A stretch of 24,000 nt of DNA from Clostridiales bacterium (GTDB lineage: Bacteria; Bacillota; Sulfobacillia; CADDZV01). The stretch is from contig CADDZV010000002.1 of assembly GCA_902812875.1 (NCBI GenBank), positions 19,318-43,317 of the forward strand, given 5' to 3'. The position numbers and the translations under genes were made by a program. The number at the start of each line of letters is the position of its first letter. Position 1 is the stretch's first letter. Shown piece after piece: positions 6,655 through 14,742 of the stretch. The notes below the pieces were generated by a model. The model saw only the letters and a list, made by a program, of their open reading frames with translations, was not told where the DNA came from and did not search any database.

Positions 6655-7891
6655 CACCATCGACCTCCCGCAATGATACGTGTTCGACAAGACAACCCGC
6701 CTGCCCGTCCTTCATGACCAGGGTGATATCTTCGCCTGCCTGCAGATTGCGGGCCGAAGAAATCACGGGACCGCCGCCCGGGCGGGTGGCCACCGCGTAG
6801 CCGCGCTCCAGGATGGAGAACGGACTGAGGGCCTCAAGCCTGCCAGCCAAAGCCTCATAATGCGCACGCACCGCCCGCAGGTAGTTGGCCTGTGCCTGCC
6901 AAAGCCGGCGCTCCAGCTCGTCGGCCCGTTGCAACCGTGCGGCCAGGGTTGAAAGCGGACGTGCCAGAACAGGTCTTGCGGAAAGCAGCCGCAAGCGCTG
7001 CCGGGCATCGGCCAGACGCCGCCGCAGCATCCTTGCCGCCACCAGGTTCAACTCGTCGATGCGAGAACGCAGGCTTTTCACATCCGGCACGACGAGCTCG
7101 GCAGCCGCCGATGGCGTGGGTGCCCGGCGATCGGCTACCAGGTCAGCCACGGTGAGATCGATCTCATGCCCGACCGCAGACACCACGGGTACGCGGGAAG
7201 CATAGATGGCACGTGCCACGCCTTCGTCGTTGAACGCCCAAAGGTCCTCCTGGGAGCCGCCGCCGCGTCCCACGATGATGACGTCACACTCACCGTAATG
7301 ATTGAGATCGGATAACGCTTCGACGATCTCCCGCGGGGCGCGCTCGCCCTGCACCGTCACCGGCCGGATAAGGATGTGCACACCCGGGTGGCGACGCACC
7401 GCCACGCTGATGATGTCCCGCACCGCAGCACCGGTGGGCGACGTCACGACCCCCACGCAGCGCGGCAAAAACGGCAGGGAGCGCTTCTGGTTGAAAAGGC
7501 CTTCCGCCGCCAGACGCTTTTTGAGAAGCTCGAGGGCCAGATACTGGGCTCCGAGCCCGAGCGGCTCCATGTATGACACATAGAGCTGGTAGGTACCATC
7601 GCGCTCATAGACACCCACGCTTCCGCGTGCTACCACGTGCATGCCGTTCTCGGGCGAAAACCAAAGGTGCTGGTTTTGTCCCCTGAACATGACCGCGTGG
7701 ATGGTAGACTGATCGTCTTTGAGGGTGAAATACATGTGGCCGGACGTATGCCGTTTGAAGTTGGCAATCTCACCAGTGACCACGAGATCCTGCAGCACAG
7801 GATCTGATCCCAAAAATTCCTTGATATAGCGGTTCAAGGCACTGACGGACCAGGGCTCACCGGCACTGGCCGGCTCCGGTAACCATGACAT
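6647..7891 (-). CDS. xseA: Exodeoxyribonuclease VII large subunit
   Basis: It has an OB-fold N-terminus (VVTGEIANFKRHTSGHMYFTLKD) and a catalytic region (VGVVTSPTGAAVRDI, IIVGRGGGSQEDLWAFNDE), followed by a long coiled-coil C-terminal segment. ATG 7891 is preferred, with GAGGTG 6 nt upstream. The track's GTG at 7900 lies within that RBS. Confidence 0.95.
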   Translation of the reverse strand: MSWLPEPASAGEPWSVSALNRYIKEFLGSDPVLQDLVVTGEIANFKRHTSGHMYFTLKDDQSTIHAVMFRGQNQHLWFSPENGMHVVARGSVGVYERDGTYQLYVSYMEPLGLGAQYLALELLKKRLAAEGLFNQKRSLPFLPRCVGVVTSPTGAAVRDIISVAVRRHPGVHILIRPVTVQGERAPREIVEALSDLNHYGECDVIIVGRGGGSQEDLWAFNDEGVARAIYASRVPVVSAVGHEIDLTVADLVADRRAPTPSAAAELVVPDVKSLRSRIDELNLVAARMLRRRLADARQRLRLLSARPVLARPLSTLAARLQRADELERRLWQAQANYLRAVRAHYEALAGRLEALSPFSILERGYAVATRPGGGPVISSARNLQAGEDITLVMKDGQAGCLVEHVSLREVDGDE

Positions 7892-7905
7892 GGCGGCCAC
7901 CTCGC

Positions 7906-8832
7906 CTACAGTGTAAACCGGCCGAAGGCTGCTGCCACCACGTGTTCAAGCAAAATCGCCATGGTCACCGGTCCCACCCCGCCGGGAACCGGCGTCAAAA
8001 AACCTGCCACCGCCGCCGCGGCCTCCGTATCAACGTCGCCGCGCAGGCTCCCATCCACGACGTTGGTACCCACATCGATGACCACAGCCCCCGGCTTGAT
8101 CATCTCCGCCTTGACAAGCCCCGCCCGTCCAACGGCAACCACGAGCACATCTGCCTGCGCGGTCACGGCGCCCAAGTCTGGCGTGCGTGAGTGGGCGATA
8201 GTCACGGTGGCGTGCCGTGCGAGGAGCATGGCGGCAGCCGGCTTTCCCACACGGGGAGAGCGCCCGACCACCACGGCATGCCGCCCCGCCAGCGACGCCC
8301 GCGGCAGATCAAGGGTGCCGTCCTGGGCGGCTTTATCCACTGCCTCGGTCGTCAAAGCGGCCAGTGCCAGGTCCACTAGTCGCATGACCGCCGACGGAGT
8401 GGCCGGAGCGAACCCAGGCTGCCCCTCCCAAAGCCGGCCGGCATTGGTCGGGTTGGTGCCGTCCACGTCGCGCCCGGGATCGATGCTTTCGCACAGCCGG
8501 GCAAAATCGACGCCCGGCGGGACCGGGGATTGGAGGATGATGCCGTCCACGCCGCCATCGGCAGGATCAGCGCCCAACCGCACGAGTTCGCGGCGCAGCT
8601 CGTCCTCGGACGCCGTGCCTGGCAGGCTGACGGTGCGGGCCTCGATGTTCACCTCCCGGCAGCCCTTCTCGATGCTCCGCACATAGCGGCGGGTGGCCCC
8701 GTCGTCGGTGGCCACGAGTATACCCAGGCGCACCGGGCGTCCCGATTCTTGGGCGAATTGAGCCGCCAGTTTGCCCACCCTGGCCCTGATGGCCCGAGAA
8801 AGTGCATTCCCATCCAGCATGACTGCACCCAT
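7906..8832 (-). CDS. folD: Bifunctional methylenetetrahydrofolate dehydrogenase/cyclohydrolase
   Basis: DGIILQSPVPPG, DPGRDVDG, AVVVGRSPRVGKPAAAMLL, VVIDVGTN and TPVPGGVGPVTMAILLEH are classic FolD blocks. The start is set at ATG 8832, which overlaps the nusB stop as ATGA. The 55 extra N-terminal residues in the track ORF are Arg-rich read-through of the nusB 3' end. Confidence 0.93.
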   Translation of the reverse strand: MGAVMLDGNALSRAIRARVGKLAAQFAQESGRPVRLGILVATDDGATRRYVRSIEKGCREVNIEARTVSLPGTASEDELRRELVRLGADPADGGVDGIILQSPVPPGVDFARLCESIDPGRDVDGTNPTNAGRLWEGQPGFAPATPSAVMRLVDLALAALTTEAVDKAAQDGTLDLPRASLAGRHAVVVGRSPRVGKPAAAMLLARHATVTIAHSRTPDLGAVTAQADVLVVAVGRAGLVKAEMIKPGAVVIDVGTNVVDGSLRGDVDTEAAAAVAGFLTPVPGGVGPVTMAILLEHVVAAAFGRFTL

Positions 8833-9254
8833 CAGCTGTTGTCCCCCTCCCCGGACTGACTTACCTTGTGGATGGTACCGAGAATCCCGTTTACGAACCG
8901 TGACGAGTCTTCGGTGCCGTATCTTTTGGCGATTTCCACGGCATCGTTGATCACTATGGCCGCCGGCACCTCTTTGCGGTACAGAAGCTCGTAGCACGCG
9001 AGCCGCAGCACGTTGCGGTCCACACTGGCCATGCGGTACACCGGCCAGTCGCCGGCATAGCGGTTGAGGATGTCGTCGATCTCGGCCAGATGTTCGTAGG
9101 TCCCGAGGTAGAGCGTGCGTGCCAGCATGGCCGTGTCGGCGCCAACGCCGGCCAGATCCTCTACGCTGGCCAGGACGGATTCCACTTCCTGGTGGCCAAC
9201 ATCAGTCTGAAAAAGCATACGCATGGCCAGCTCTCTGGCCTGCCGCCGACGCAT
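8832..9254 (-). CDS. nusB: Transcription antitermination factor NusB
   Basis: 140 aa. MRRRQARELAMRMLFQTDV..., VDRNVLRLACYELLYRKEVPAAIVINDAVEIAKRYGTEDSSRFVNGILG is typical of NusB. Confidence 0.95.
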   Translation of the reverse strand: MRRRQARELAMRMLFQTDVGHQEVESVLASVEDLAGVGADTAMLARTLYLGTYEHLAEIDDILNRYAGDWPVYRMASVDRNVLRLACYELLYRKEVPAAIVINDAVEIAKRYGTEDSSRFVNGILGTIHKVSQSGEGDNS

Positions 9255-9303
9255 GCCAAGAACCCCCTGTTATCGTGCAGGTGCCTGGGAATCGGTCCGG
9301 TTT

Positions 9304-9564
9304 TCACCGGCGTCCCGGAGGGAGAATGCGATCAATGAAGTCGGTGATATCCTCGCGGGCCGCGTCGAAGTAATGGCCTATCCATAACCCTGTGCCGACG
9401 CAGATGACAATAAACATGGTCCACAAAAAACCGTAGCGCATGACCAGGATGGCGAAAAGGCCGCCCAGAATCCCGCCGAGGGTTTTGCCGCGGTGGGCAC
9501 GCCAGAACCGGTCAAACCAGAACAACCCCTGCGCAAGGTAGTCGTTCGCAGCCCGCTTCTCCAT
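9304..9564 (-). CDS. Small two-segment membrane protein, DUF2273-like (third member of Asp23 modules)
   Basis: 86 aa from ATG 9564, with AGGTGA 7 nt upstream: MEKRAANDYLAQGLFWFDRFWRAHRGKTLGGILGGLFAILVMRYGFLWTMFIVICVGTGLWIGHYF... It has a Gly-rich hydrophobic hairpin. It lies directly after the amaP-like gene, as in described asp23 operons. The track's longer N-terminus overlaps amaP and is rejected. Confidence 0.7.
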   Translation of the reverse strand: MEKRAANDYLAQGLFWFDRFWRAHRGKTLGGILGGLFAILVMRYGFLWTMFIVICVGTGLWIGHYFDAAREDITDFIDRILPPGRR

Positions 9565-9571
9565 CTGCCGC

Positions 9572-10105
9572 TCACCTGGAGCCCCGGACTTCCGCGCTGA
9601 TGTTGACCACGTCCACGTTGACCTCGGCTGCCTTGACCCCGACGATTTCGCTGGCGGTGTCCCGCAGTGCCTTCTGCACAAGTTCCGTGGTCTCGGGCAC
9701 ACTGGCGTCAGGGCTAAGCACCAACCGCGTATGGACCGCGAGCCCGCCCGGCGTCATTTCCACCTCCGCCCTGGCCTCGCGCACACCCCGGGTCTGGGCG
9801 GCAACGCGGCGCATCAGATTACGCACCGCGTAGATCGATACCCGCACCTCACCGAGGTCGTTCTCCCGCACCAGGGCCTGTCCCACCGACGTCCGCCGAA
9901 AAGCCACATAGAAAAACCGGATGCTGATGAGAAAAACGATGCCGCTGATGATGCCAGTGAGCCAGCGGCCGTTTACGGTGTGCAACCCGGCCAAAACAGC
10001 ATTTAGCGGGCCGGTAACATCGAACACAGCCAGGAGTAACATCAGGGAAGCAACGGTGGTAACCAAGGCAAACACTACCAGCACTGCGCGGTCAAAAAAA
10101 CCCAT
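9572..10105 (-). CDS. amaP: Alkaline shock response membrane anchor protein AmaP-like
   Basis: 177 aa with two N-terminal TM segments followed by an Asp23-like soluble domain (LGEVRVSIYAVRNLMRRVAAQTRGVREARAEV...). It starts 1 nt after the asp23 stop. Confidence 0.75.
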   Translation of the reverse strand: MGFFDRAVLVVFALVTTVASLMLLLAVFDVTGPLNAVLAGLHTVNGRWLTGIISGIVFLISIRFFYVAFRRTSVGQALVRENDLGEVRVSIYAVRNLMRRVAAQTRGVREARAEVEMTPGGLAVHTRLVLSPDASVPETTELVQKALRDTASEIVGVKAAEVNVDVVNISAEVRGSR

Positions 10106-10528
10106 TTATCGCACCCCGGCCTCCTCACGTTTGTCTTCGTTATGGAAGGAAACCCCCTGGACGTGCACGTTGACTTCTGTCACCCGCAGGCCAGTCATGC
10201 TTTCGACCGCACTCTTGACATTCTCCTGCACCCGGGCGGCCACATCGGGAATCCGCACACCGTAGTTCACAATGAGGGAAATGTTGATCGAAACTTCTTT
10301 TTCCCCTATCTCGACGCTGATACCCCGGGAAGGATTTTTCCGTCCGAGCATCTCGGTGATACCGCCCACAAAACCGCTGGCCAGGGCGGTCACGCCTTCG
10401 ACTTCGCTCGCCGCGATACCAGCAATCACACCCACCACATCGTCCGCAATTTGCACGTCCCCGCCATTGATACCCTCGCTGGCAGGTACTATTGTTTCGG
10501 ACTTGTCATCGAAAGCATCTGTACTCAC
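10106..10528 (-). CDS. asp23: Asp23/Gls24 family envelope stress protein (YqhY-like)
   Basis: 140 aa with typical Asp23-family blocks: VQIADDVVGVIAGIAASEVEGV, GISVEIGEKEVSINISLIVNYGVRIPDVAARVQENVKSAVESMTGLRVTEVNVHVQGV. The GTG start is somewhat uncertain because the RBS spacing is long. Confidence 0.88.
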   Translation of the reverse strand: MSTDAFDDKSETIVPASEGINGGDVQIADDVVGVIAGIAASEVEGVTALASGFVGGITEMLGRKNPSRGISVEIGEKEVSINISLIVNYGVRIPDVAARVQENVKSAVESMTGLRVTEVNVHVQGVSFHNEDKREEAGVR

Positions 10529-10593
10529 AGAAAATCGCGCCCCTTTACCCGCACGGTTGCGCGTGCCACCAACGGGAATGGACTTATACCCAG

Positions 10594-10622
10594 TTTATAT
10601 CAGATGCCCACTGGCCGGACAA
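10594..10622 (-). promoter_or_regulatory. Candidate promoter for the asp23-amaP-DUF2273(-nusB...) genes
   Basis: The minus strand has TTGTCC (plus 10617-10622), a 17-nt spacer, then TATAAA (plus 10594-10599). It lies in the 132-nt accC-asp23 gap. Confidence 0.35.
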
Positions 10623-10660
10623 CCGCGAATGTTGTCGGGATCTGTCAGTTCGCCCCCTCT

Positions 10661-12004
10661 TCAGCTCCCGCGAAGCATTTCCTCGAGAAACTCCGTGTGG
10701 TAATCGCCAGCCTGAAAACGAGCGTCGGTCAACAGGCGTTGGTGCACCGGGATGGTAGTCTTGATCCCTTCAATCCAGTATTCATCGAGAGCACGTCTCA
10801 TGCGGGCGAGCACCTCGGGACGGGTCGGCGCCCAGGCGACCAGTTTGGCGATCATGGAGTCGTAATATGGTGTGACCGCGAAACCGGCGTGGGCACAGTC
10901 GTCCACACGAATGCCGGGGCCGGAAGGCGGCTGGTAGGCCAAGATAACCCCGGGCGAAGGCAATAGCGTCGTAGGGTCTTCGGCATTGATGCGACATTCC
11001 ATGGCCACGCCCCGCGGCTGCACATCTTCCTGCCCGAAGCCTAAAGGCTCGCCGGCGGCGATGCGGATCTGCTGCTGCACAAGATCGATACCGGTGACCA
11101 TTTCCGTGATGGTGTGCTCCACCTGGATCCTGGTGTTCATCTCGATGAAATAGAAATTTCGGTCCTCGTCCACGAGAAATTCGACCGTGCCCGCGTTCAC
11201 ATAGTTGACAGCCTTGGCCGCGGCGATCGCCGCGGCGGCCATGCGCGCCCGCAGGGCGTCGTCGAGTGCGGTAGACGGGGTCTCTTCCAGAAGCTTCTGC
11301 CGCCGCCGCTGGATCGACGAGTCCCGCTCTCCCAGGTGCACCACATGCCCGTGGCGATCGGCCAGGATCTGGAATTCGACATGCCGCGGCTCGACCAGGT
11401 ATTTTTCCACATAAACGTCGGCCCGGCCGAAGGTGGATTCCGCCTCGGACCGCGCCTGGTCCCACGCCCGCCGCAGATCGTCCGGCTGTCTGGCGATGCG
11501 TATGCCTCGCCCGCCGCCGCCGGCGGCCGCCTTCAGGAGCACCGGGTAGCCAATGGCGTCCGCCACTCGCAGGGCTTCTGCCTCGCTTTCCACTGCCCCC
11601 TCGCTGCCAGGCACCACCGGCACGCCTGCCCTTAACATGGTTACCCTGGCTTCCTGCTTCAGCCCCATGGCCGCAATGGACTGCGGATCAGGCCCGATGA
11701 ACACAAAGCCGAACGCCTGGCATACAGTAGCGAAGTCGGGGTTTTCGGAAAGAAAGCCATACCCGGGATGAATCGCGTCCACATGGGCCTTCTGGGCCAC
11801 TTCGATAATGCGGGGGATGTTGAGATAACTTTCCCGTGAGGGGGCCGGCCCGAGCAGATAGGCTTCATCAGCCTTGTGCACGTGCATGGAATCAGCATCC
11901 GGTTCCGAATAAACGGCCACCGCCTCGATACCAAGCTCATGGAGGGCCCGGATTACCCGGACCGCAATCTCACCCCGGTTTGCCACCAATACTTTTTTGA
12001 ACAT
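10661..12004 (-). CDS. accC: Biotin carboxylase (acetyl-CoA carboxylase subunit, or biotin carboxylase of another biotin enzyme)
   Basis: MFKKVLVANRGEIAVRVIRA, the ATP-grasp glycine loop GYPVLLKAAAGGGGRGIR, and IEMNTRIQVEHTITE are present. The start is ATG 12004, with GGGAG 8 nt upstream. The track's extra 13 residues overlap the aroQ end. Confidence 0.95.
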   Translation of the reverse strand: MFKKVLVANRGEIAVRVIRALHELGIEAVAVYSEPDADSMHVHKADEAYLLGPAPSRESYLNIPRIIEVAQKAHVDAIHPGYGFLSENPDFATVCQAFGFVFIGPDPQSIAAMGLKQEARVTMLRAGVPVVPGSEGAVESEAEALRVADAIGYPVLLKAAAGGGGRGIRIARQPDDLRRAWDQARSEAESTFGRADVYVEKYLVEPRHVEFQILADRHGHVVHLGERDSSIQRRRQKLLEETPSTALDDALRARMAAAAIAAAKAVNYVNAGTVEFLVDEDRNFYFIEMNTRIQVEHTITEMVTGIDLVQQQIRIAAGEPLGFGQEDVQPRGVAMECRINAEDPTTLLPSPGVILAYQPPSGPGIRVDDCAHAGFAVTPYYDSMIAKLVAWAPTRPEVLARMRRALDEYWIEGIKTTIPVHQRLLTDARFQAGDYHTEFLEEMLRGS

Positions 12005-12021
12005 CGCGCTTACTCCCGTTT

Positions 12022-12468
12022 CTACTTTTGTGGTGCAGTGCACAAGGCGATGGCAGCCGCAAGCCCCAGGTAATAGCTGTGGGCACCAAACCCCGTGATC
12101 TGACCTGTGACCACATCTGCCAGCACCGACTGCCGCCGGAAGGGCTCCCTGGCATAAATGTTGGAAAGGTGCACTTCCACGACCGGCAGTGAGATGGCCG
12201 CGATGGCGTCACGAAGAGCAAAACTATAGTGGCCGAGTGCCCCCGGATTGATCACGACGGCCTGCACGCGGCGGCGAGCCTGGTGCAGGCTGTCGATGAG
12301 CACACCCTCGTGGTTCGACTGCACGATTTCGAGCTCGAAACCTGCCTCCCGCGCCTGTGCACGCAACTGCGCGTTTATTTCTTCCAGGGTAACGTGGCCG
12401 TATACCGCAGGCTCCCTCTCCCCGGTCAGATTCAGGTTTGGTCCGTGTAGGACAAGAATGGTGGGCAT
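12022..12468 (-). CDS. aroQ: Type II 3-dehydroquinate dehydratase
   Basis: MPTILVLHGPNLNLTGEREPAVYG..., QSNHEGVLIDSLH, VINPGALGHYSFALRDA, VEVHLSNIYAREPFR are canonical AroQ blocks. The start is ATG 12468. Confidence 0.93.
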   Translation of the reverse strand: MPTILVLHGPNLNLTGEREPAVYGHVTLEEINAQLRAQAREAGFELEIVQSNHEGVLIDSLHQARRRVQAVVINPGALGHYSFALRDAIAAISLPVVEVHLSNIYAREPFRRQSVLADVVTGQITGFGAHSYYLGLAAAIALCTAPQK

Positions 12469-12483
12469 CCCCGGTTCCCCCCA

Positions 12484-12511
12484 CAATATAAAGCCCGGCA
12501 CCCTGGCCGGG
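12484..12511 (-). terminator. Weak candidate intrinsic terminator after spoIIIAH
   Basis: The minus strand reads CCCGGC-CAGGGU-GCCGGG followed by CUUUAUAUU. The stem is plus 12494-12499/12506-12511. The stem is short and the U tract is interrupted. Confidence 0.3.
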
Positions 12512-12554
12512 TAAAGACAATTTCGCCTCGCGAAGCCAGTATCCTTTTCGACCC

Positions 12555-13145
12555 CTATGGCCGACCGATGACGGTGACCTTGTCCGGGGCGATGCCCGCG
12601 ACCCGGTAAACCACGTCCGCAACCTGGGCCACCTGAACCTTGTCAAGCGTCGCCGCTTCCACGAGCACGATGGCGCCGGTCTCTTCCAGCATCACCACAG
12701 CCTCCGGAAATCCCTTGGCGACCAAAAGGCCTTCGATCGAAGCCTCCTGACTGATCCTCGTCGTGAGTGCAAAAAGCCTCTCGCTCGCCCGGGTACGAGT
12801 CTGGGTATCGGTGGCTTGGTCGTCCAGTAGCCGCTGCAAAAGCTCCATTTCCTGCGAACGTGCCCGGTCGCGGCTCAAACGCGTCAGGGCAAACAAGCCG
12901 CTCGTGTTGCCGGCTGCTGCCGCCGGCAGCTGGCCTTGGCCGGGGAGGGTGGCCGTACCCGGTGACGGGGCACCGGACGGAAAGATGTTTTCGGCTTGTT
13001 CCTCCAAACTCTCGTCGGTGGGCTTTTTCCCCTGGTCCATCACCTGACGACGGTAGGCCTGCAGTCTCGCGAACGCGGCGACGGCGACCAGGATGACAAG
13101 GATCGCGAGCAATAACGTGACGATAGTCCTCCGCCGCACGACCAT
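12555..13145 (-). CDS. spoIIIAH: Stage III sporulation protein AH
   Basis: It has one N-terminal TM segment (RRRTIVTLLLAILVILVAVAAF), a low-complexity linker, and a C-terminal YscJ/FliF-like domain (ISQEASIEGLLVAKGFPEAVVMLEETGAIVLVEA...VADVVYRVAGIAPDKVTVI). It is the last gene of the spoIIIA series. The start is ATG 13145, with GAGGGGA 5 nt upstream. Confidence 0.85.
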   Translation of the reverse strand: MVVRRRTIVTLLLAILVILVAVAAFARLQAYRRQVMDQGKKPTDESLEEQAENIFPSGAPSPGTATLPGQGQLPAAAAGNTSGLFALTRLSRDRARSQEMELLQRLLDDQATDTQTRTRASERLFALTTRISQEASIEGLLVAKGFPEAVVMLEETGAIVLVEAATLDKVQVAQVADVVYRVAGIAPDKVTVIGRP

Positions 13146-13161
13146 AACCGTCCCCTCTTCC

Positions 13162-13980
13162 TCAATGGCCGCTTGTCCGCGGCAGAATCGCAATCTTGTG
13201 CACGGGGATGCCGAGGACAGTTTGCACCGCCTGGTAAAGCATGGCGGATACGTGCGGATCGCTCGCCCCATCTGCCACCACCAAAACCCCACGGATCTCG
13301 GCGGCGAGGTACTGGGTGACCACCGGGGTTTCCGTGGCGCCGCCGGCAGTCCTGGCCATGAGGTACTGGCTTTGGGTGCTCTCTTGGATGGTCGTGCGCG
13401 TGCCGCCGTTCGAGTCTTTTTCTTCGATGTGCTGTGAGCTCGTGGTAGTGTTGGCGGCCAGTACCAGACGGCTGCTTGATTTGAGCAGCACTACTGCAGA
13501 TACCTTGCCGGCGCCGGGAACCTGCGAGAGGGTACGCTCCAGCATGCGCGCCAGGGCATCTTCCGTGGAAGCGGTTTTGGTGTCGACCGCGCCAGACGAT
13601 GCTTCGCCAGGTACAGCCAGTTCCGGTTGCAGGCCGGTGCCAGGAGGCGTGCTGCCGACCACTCCGGTGACCTGTTCTTTGGCCGGCGCGGGCTGTGCGG
13701 TGACCTGTACCGGGGCGCCTGCGCGCCGCCCGTAGAGCAGTAGGGCCACGCCGATCGTGCCGAGAACCAGCAAATACCAGTTGGTCGACCACACCCGGCG
13801 CCAACCACCTTGGGTTGGACTGCCTGACTGGCGGCTACGTTTTTGGTGGGTCAGCACTACCTTGCGGCTGCCGACCGTATACCGCCTGCCCGAAAGGCCG
13901 GTCCAGGGCGATTCTACCCGCCCACCAAACCACCCGGCCACACGCTCCCACCATGGAACCCGCGTTTTGTGAGGTCGCAT
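13162..13980 (-). CDS. spoIIIAG: Stage III sporulation protein AG
   Basis: It has a TM segment (WYLLVLGTIGVALLLY) and a conserved C-terminal ring-forming domain (VSAVVLLKSSS..., EIRGVLVVADGASDPHVSAMLYQAVQTVLGIPVHKIAILP). ATG 13980 is preferred, with GGGGGTGA upstream. The TTG at 14010 in the track has a poor RBS. Confidence 0.85.
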   Translation of the reverse strand: MRPHKTRVPWWERVAGWFGGRVESPWTGLSGRRYTVGSRKVVLTHQKRSRQSGSPTQGGWRRVWSTNWYLLVLGTIGVALLLYGRRAGAPVQVTAQPAPAKEQVTGVVGSTPPGTGLQPELAVPGEASSGAVDTKTASTEDALARMLERTLSQVPGAGKVSAVVLLKSSSRLVLAANTTTSSQHIEEKDSNGGTRTTIQESTQSQYLMARTAGGATETPVVTQYLAAEIRGVLVVADGASDPHVSAMLYQAVQTVLGIPVHKIAILPRTSGH

Positions 13981-13999
13981 GCCTTCACCCCCTGCGGTT

Positions 14000-14722
14000 T
14001 TAAGGCCCAAGCCGCACCACGATCATGTCCTCCGGGATACCCAGGCCCGTGGCGAGCGTCCGGCGGACATCAGCCAAAACCCCGCTCGCCCAGGCCGAAA
14101 CACCTTCCCCTGGCGGTTTCCTGCTAGAGGTATCTCCCGGGCCCCCGGAACCCGCTAACGGCGTCGGGATAACCCCGGTCGAAACTGGGCCTACCTGGAT
14201 TTGTACGGGCTCGACCAACGGTGTCATTCCGGACGACTCCTCTGTTGTGGTGCCGCTGCCATTGGCATTCTCAGGCTGAAGCTGGACGATCGTTTCCAGC
14301 CGTTCGAGAGTGCCGAAGCGGTCACTTTGTTGGTCAGTGTTCACGATGGCAGTGCTCGCGGCGGATCGCACGCCGGCCACCTGTGCCGCCAGCTCGTTGG
14401 CACGCCGCTCGAGGGCTTGCCGGAAGAGTGCTACCGCCAGCATGCCCGTCTCCCCGGACGACGCCTCGCCAGGCCAAACCGTCACGCCCTGCACGGCCAC
14501 CGTGCCACTGTCCTGCCAGGATACGGCCGGAACCCATACCTGCTGGCGGAGCAGTTTCCCCACCGGCCCGAGCACCGTAAGGATCAGAAGCAGCCCGACC
14601 ACAACCCGTGCCAGGCGTCGCGCCGCCGACGACGGCAAGAGAAGCTCCAGCACCGCCGCCAGAAAAACAATGATCACGAGCGTCCTGGTAAGCTCGGCCA
14701 GAGTAGCCATGAACCCCGTCAT
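14000..14722 (-). CDS. spoIIIAF: Stage III sporulation protein AF
   Basis: The N-terminus LAELTRTLVIIVFLAAVLELLLPSSAARRLARVVVGLLLILTVLGPVGKLL parallels B. subtilis SpoIIIAF (...IDMLLPSSSMQKYAKMVVSLLLIVVML). Its position in the operon agrees. ATG 14710 is an alternative start. Confidence 0.8.
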   Translation of the reverse strand: MTGFMATLAELTRTLVIIVFLAAVLELLLPSSAARRLARVVVGLLLILTVLGPVGKLLRQQVWVPAVSWQDSGTVAVQGVTVWPGEASSGETGMLAVALFRQALERRANELAAQVAGVRSAASTAIVNTDQQSDRFGTLERLETIVQLQPENANGSGTTTEESSGMTPLVEPVQIQVGPVSTGVIPTPLAGSGGPGDTSSRKPPGEGVSAWASGVLADVRRTLATGLGIPEDMIVVRLGP

Positions 14723-14742
14723 GGGATTTGCGTATCACCTGC

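Noticed and set aside
10580-10600. GGGTAT on the minus strand upstream of asp23, identical to a sigma-B -10 hexamer (asp23 is sigma-B dependent in staphylococci)
   Set aside because: There is no GTTTAA-like -35 at 12-15 nt upstream. A single hexamer is weak evidence. A sigma-A-like TTGTCC-17-TATAAA arrangement overlaps it, and that is what I list, at low confidence.
10142-10966. 274-aa plus-strand ORF, with similar plus-strand ORFs at 1405-2400, 4164-4982, 7961-8686, 14201-14923 and 19182-19964
   Set aside because: All are antisense to strongly supported minus-strand genes (asp23/accC, dxs, bshA, folD, spoIIIAF/AE, pepP). They show low-complexity Arg/Gly/Pro/His composition and lack RBS or start context.
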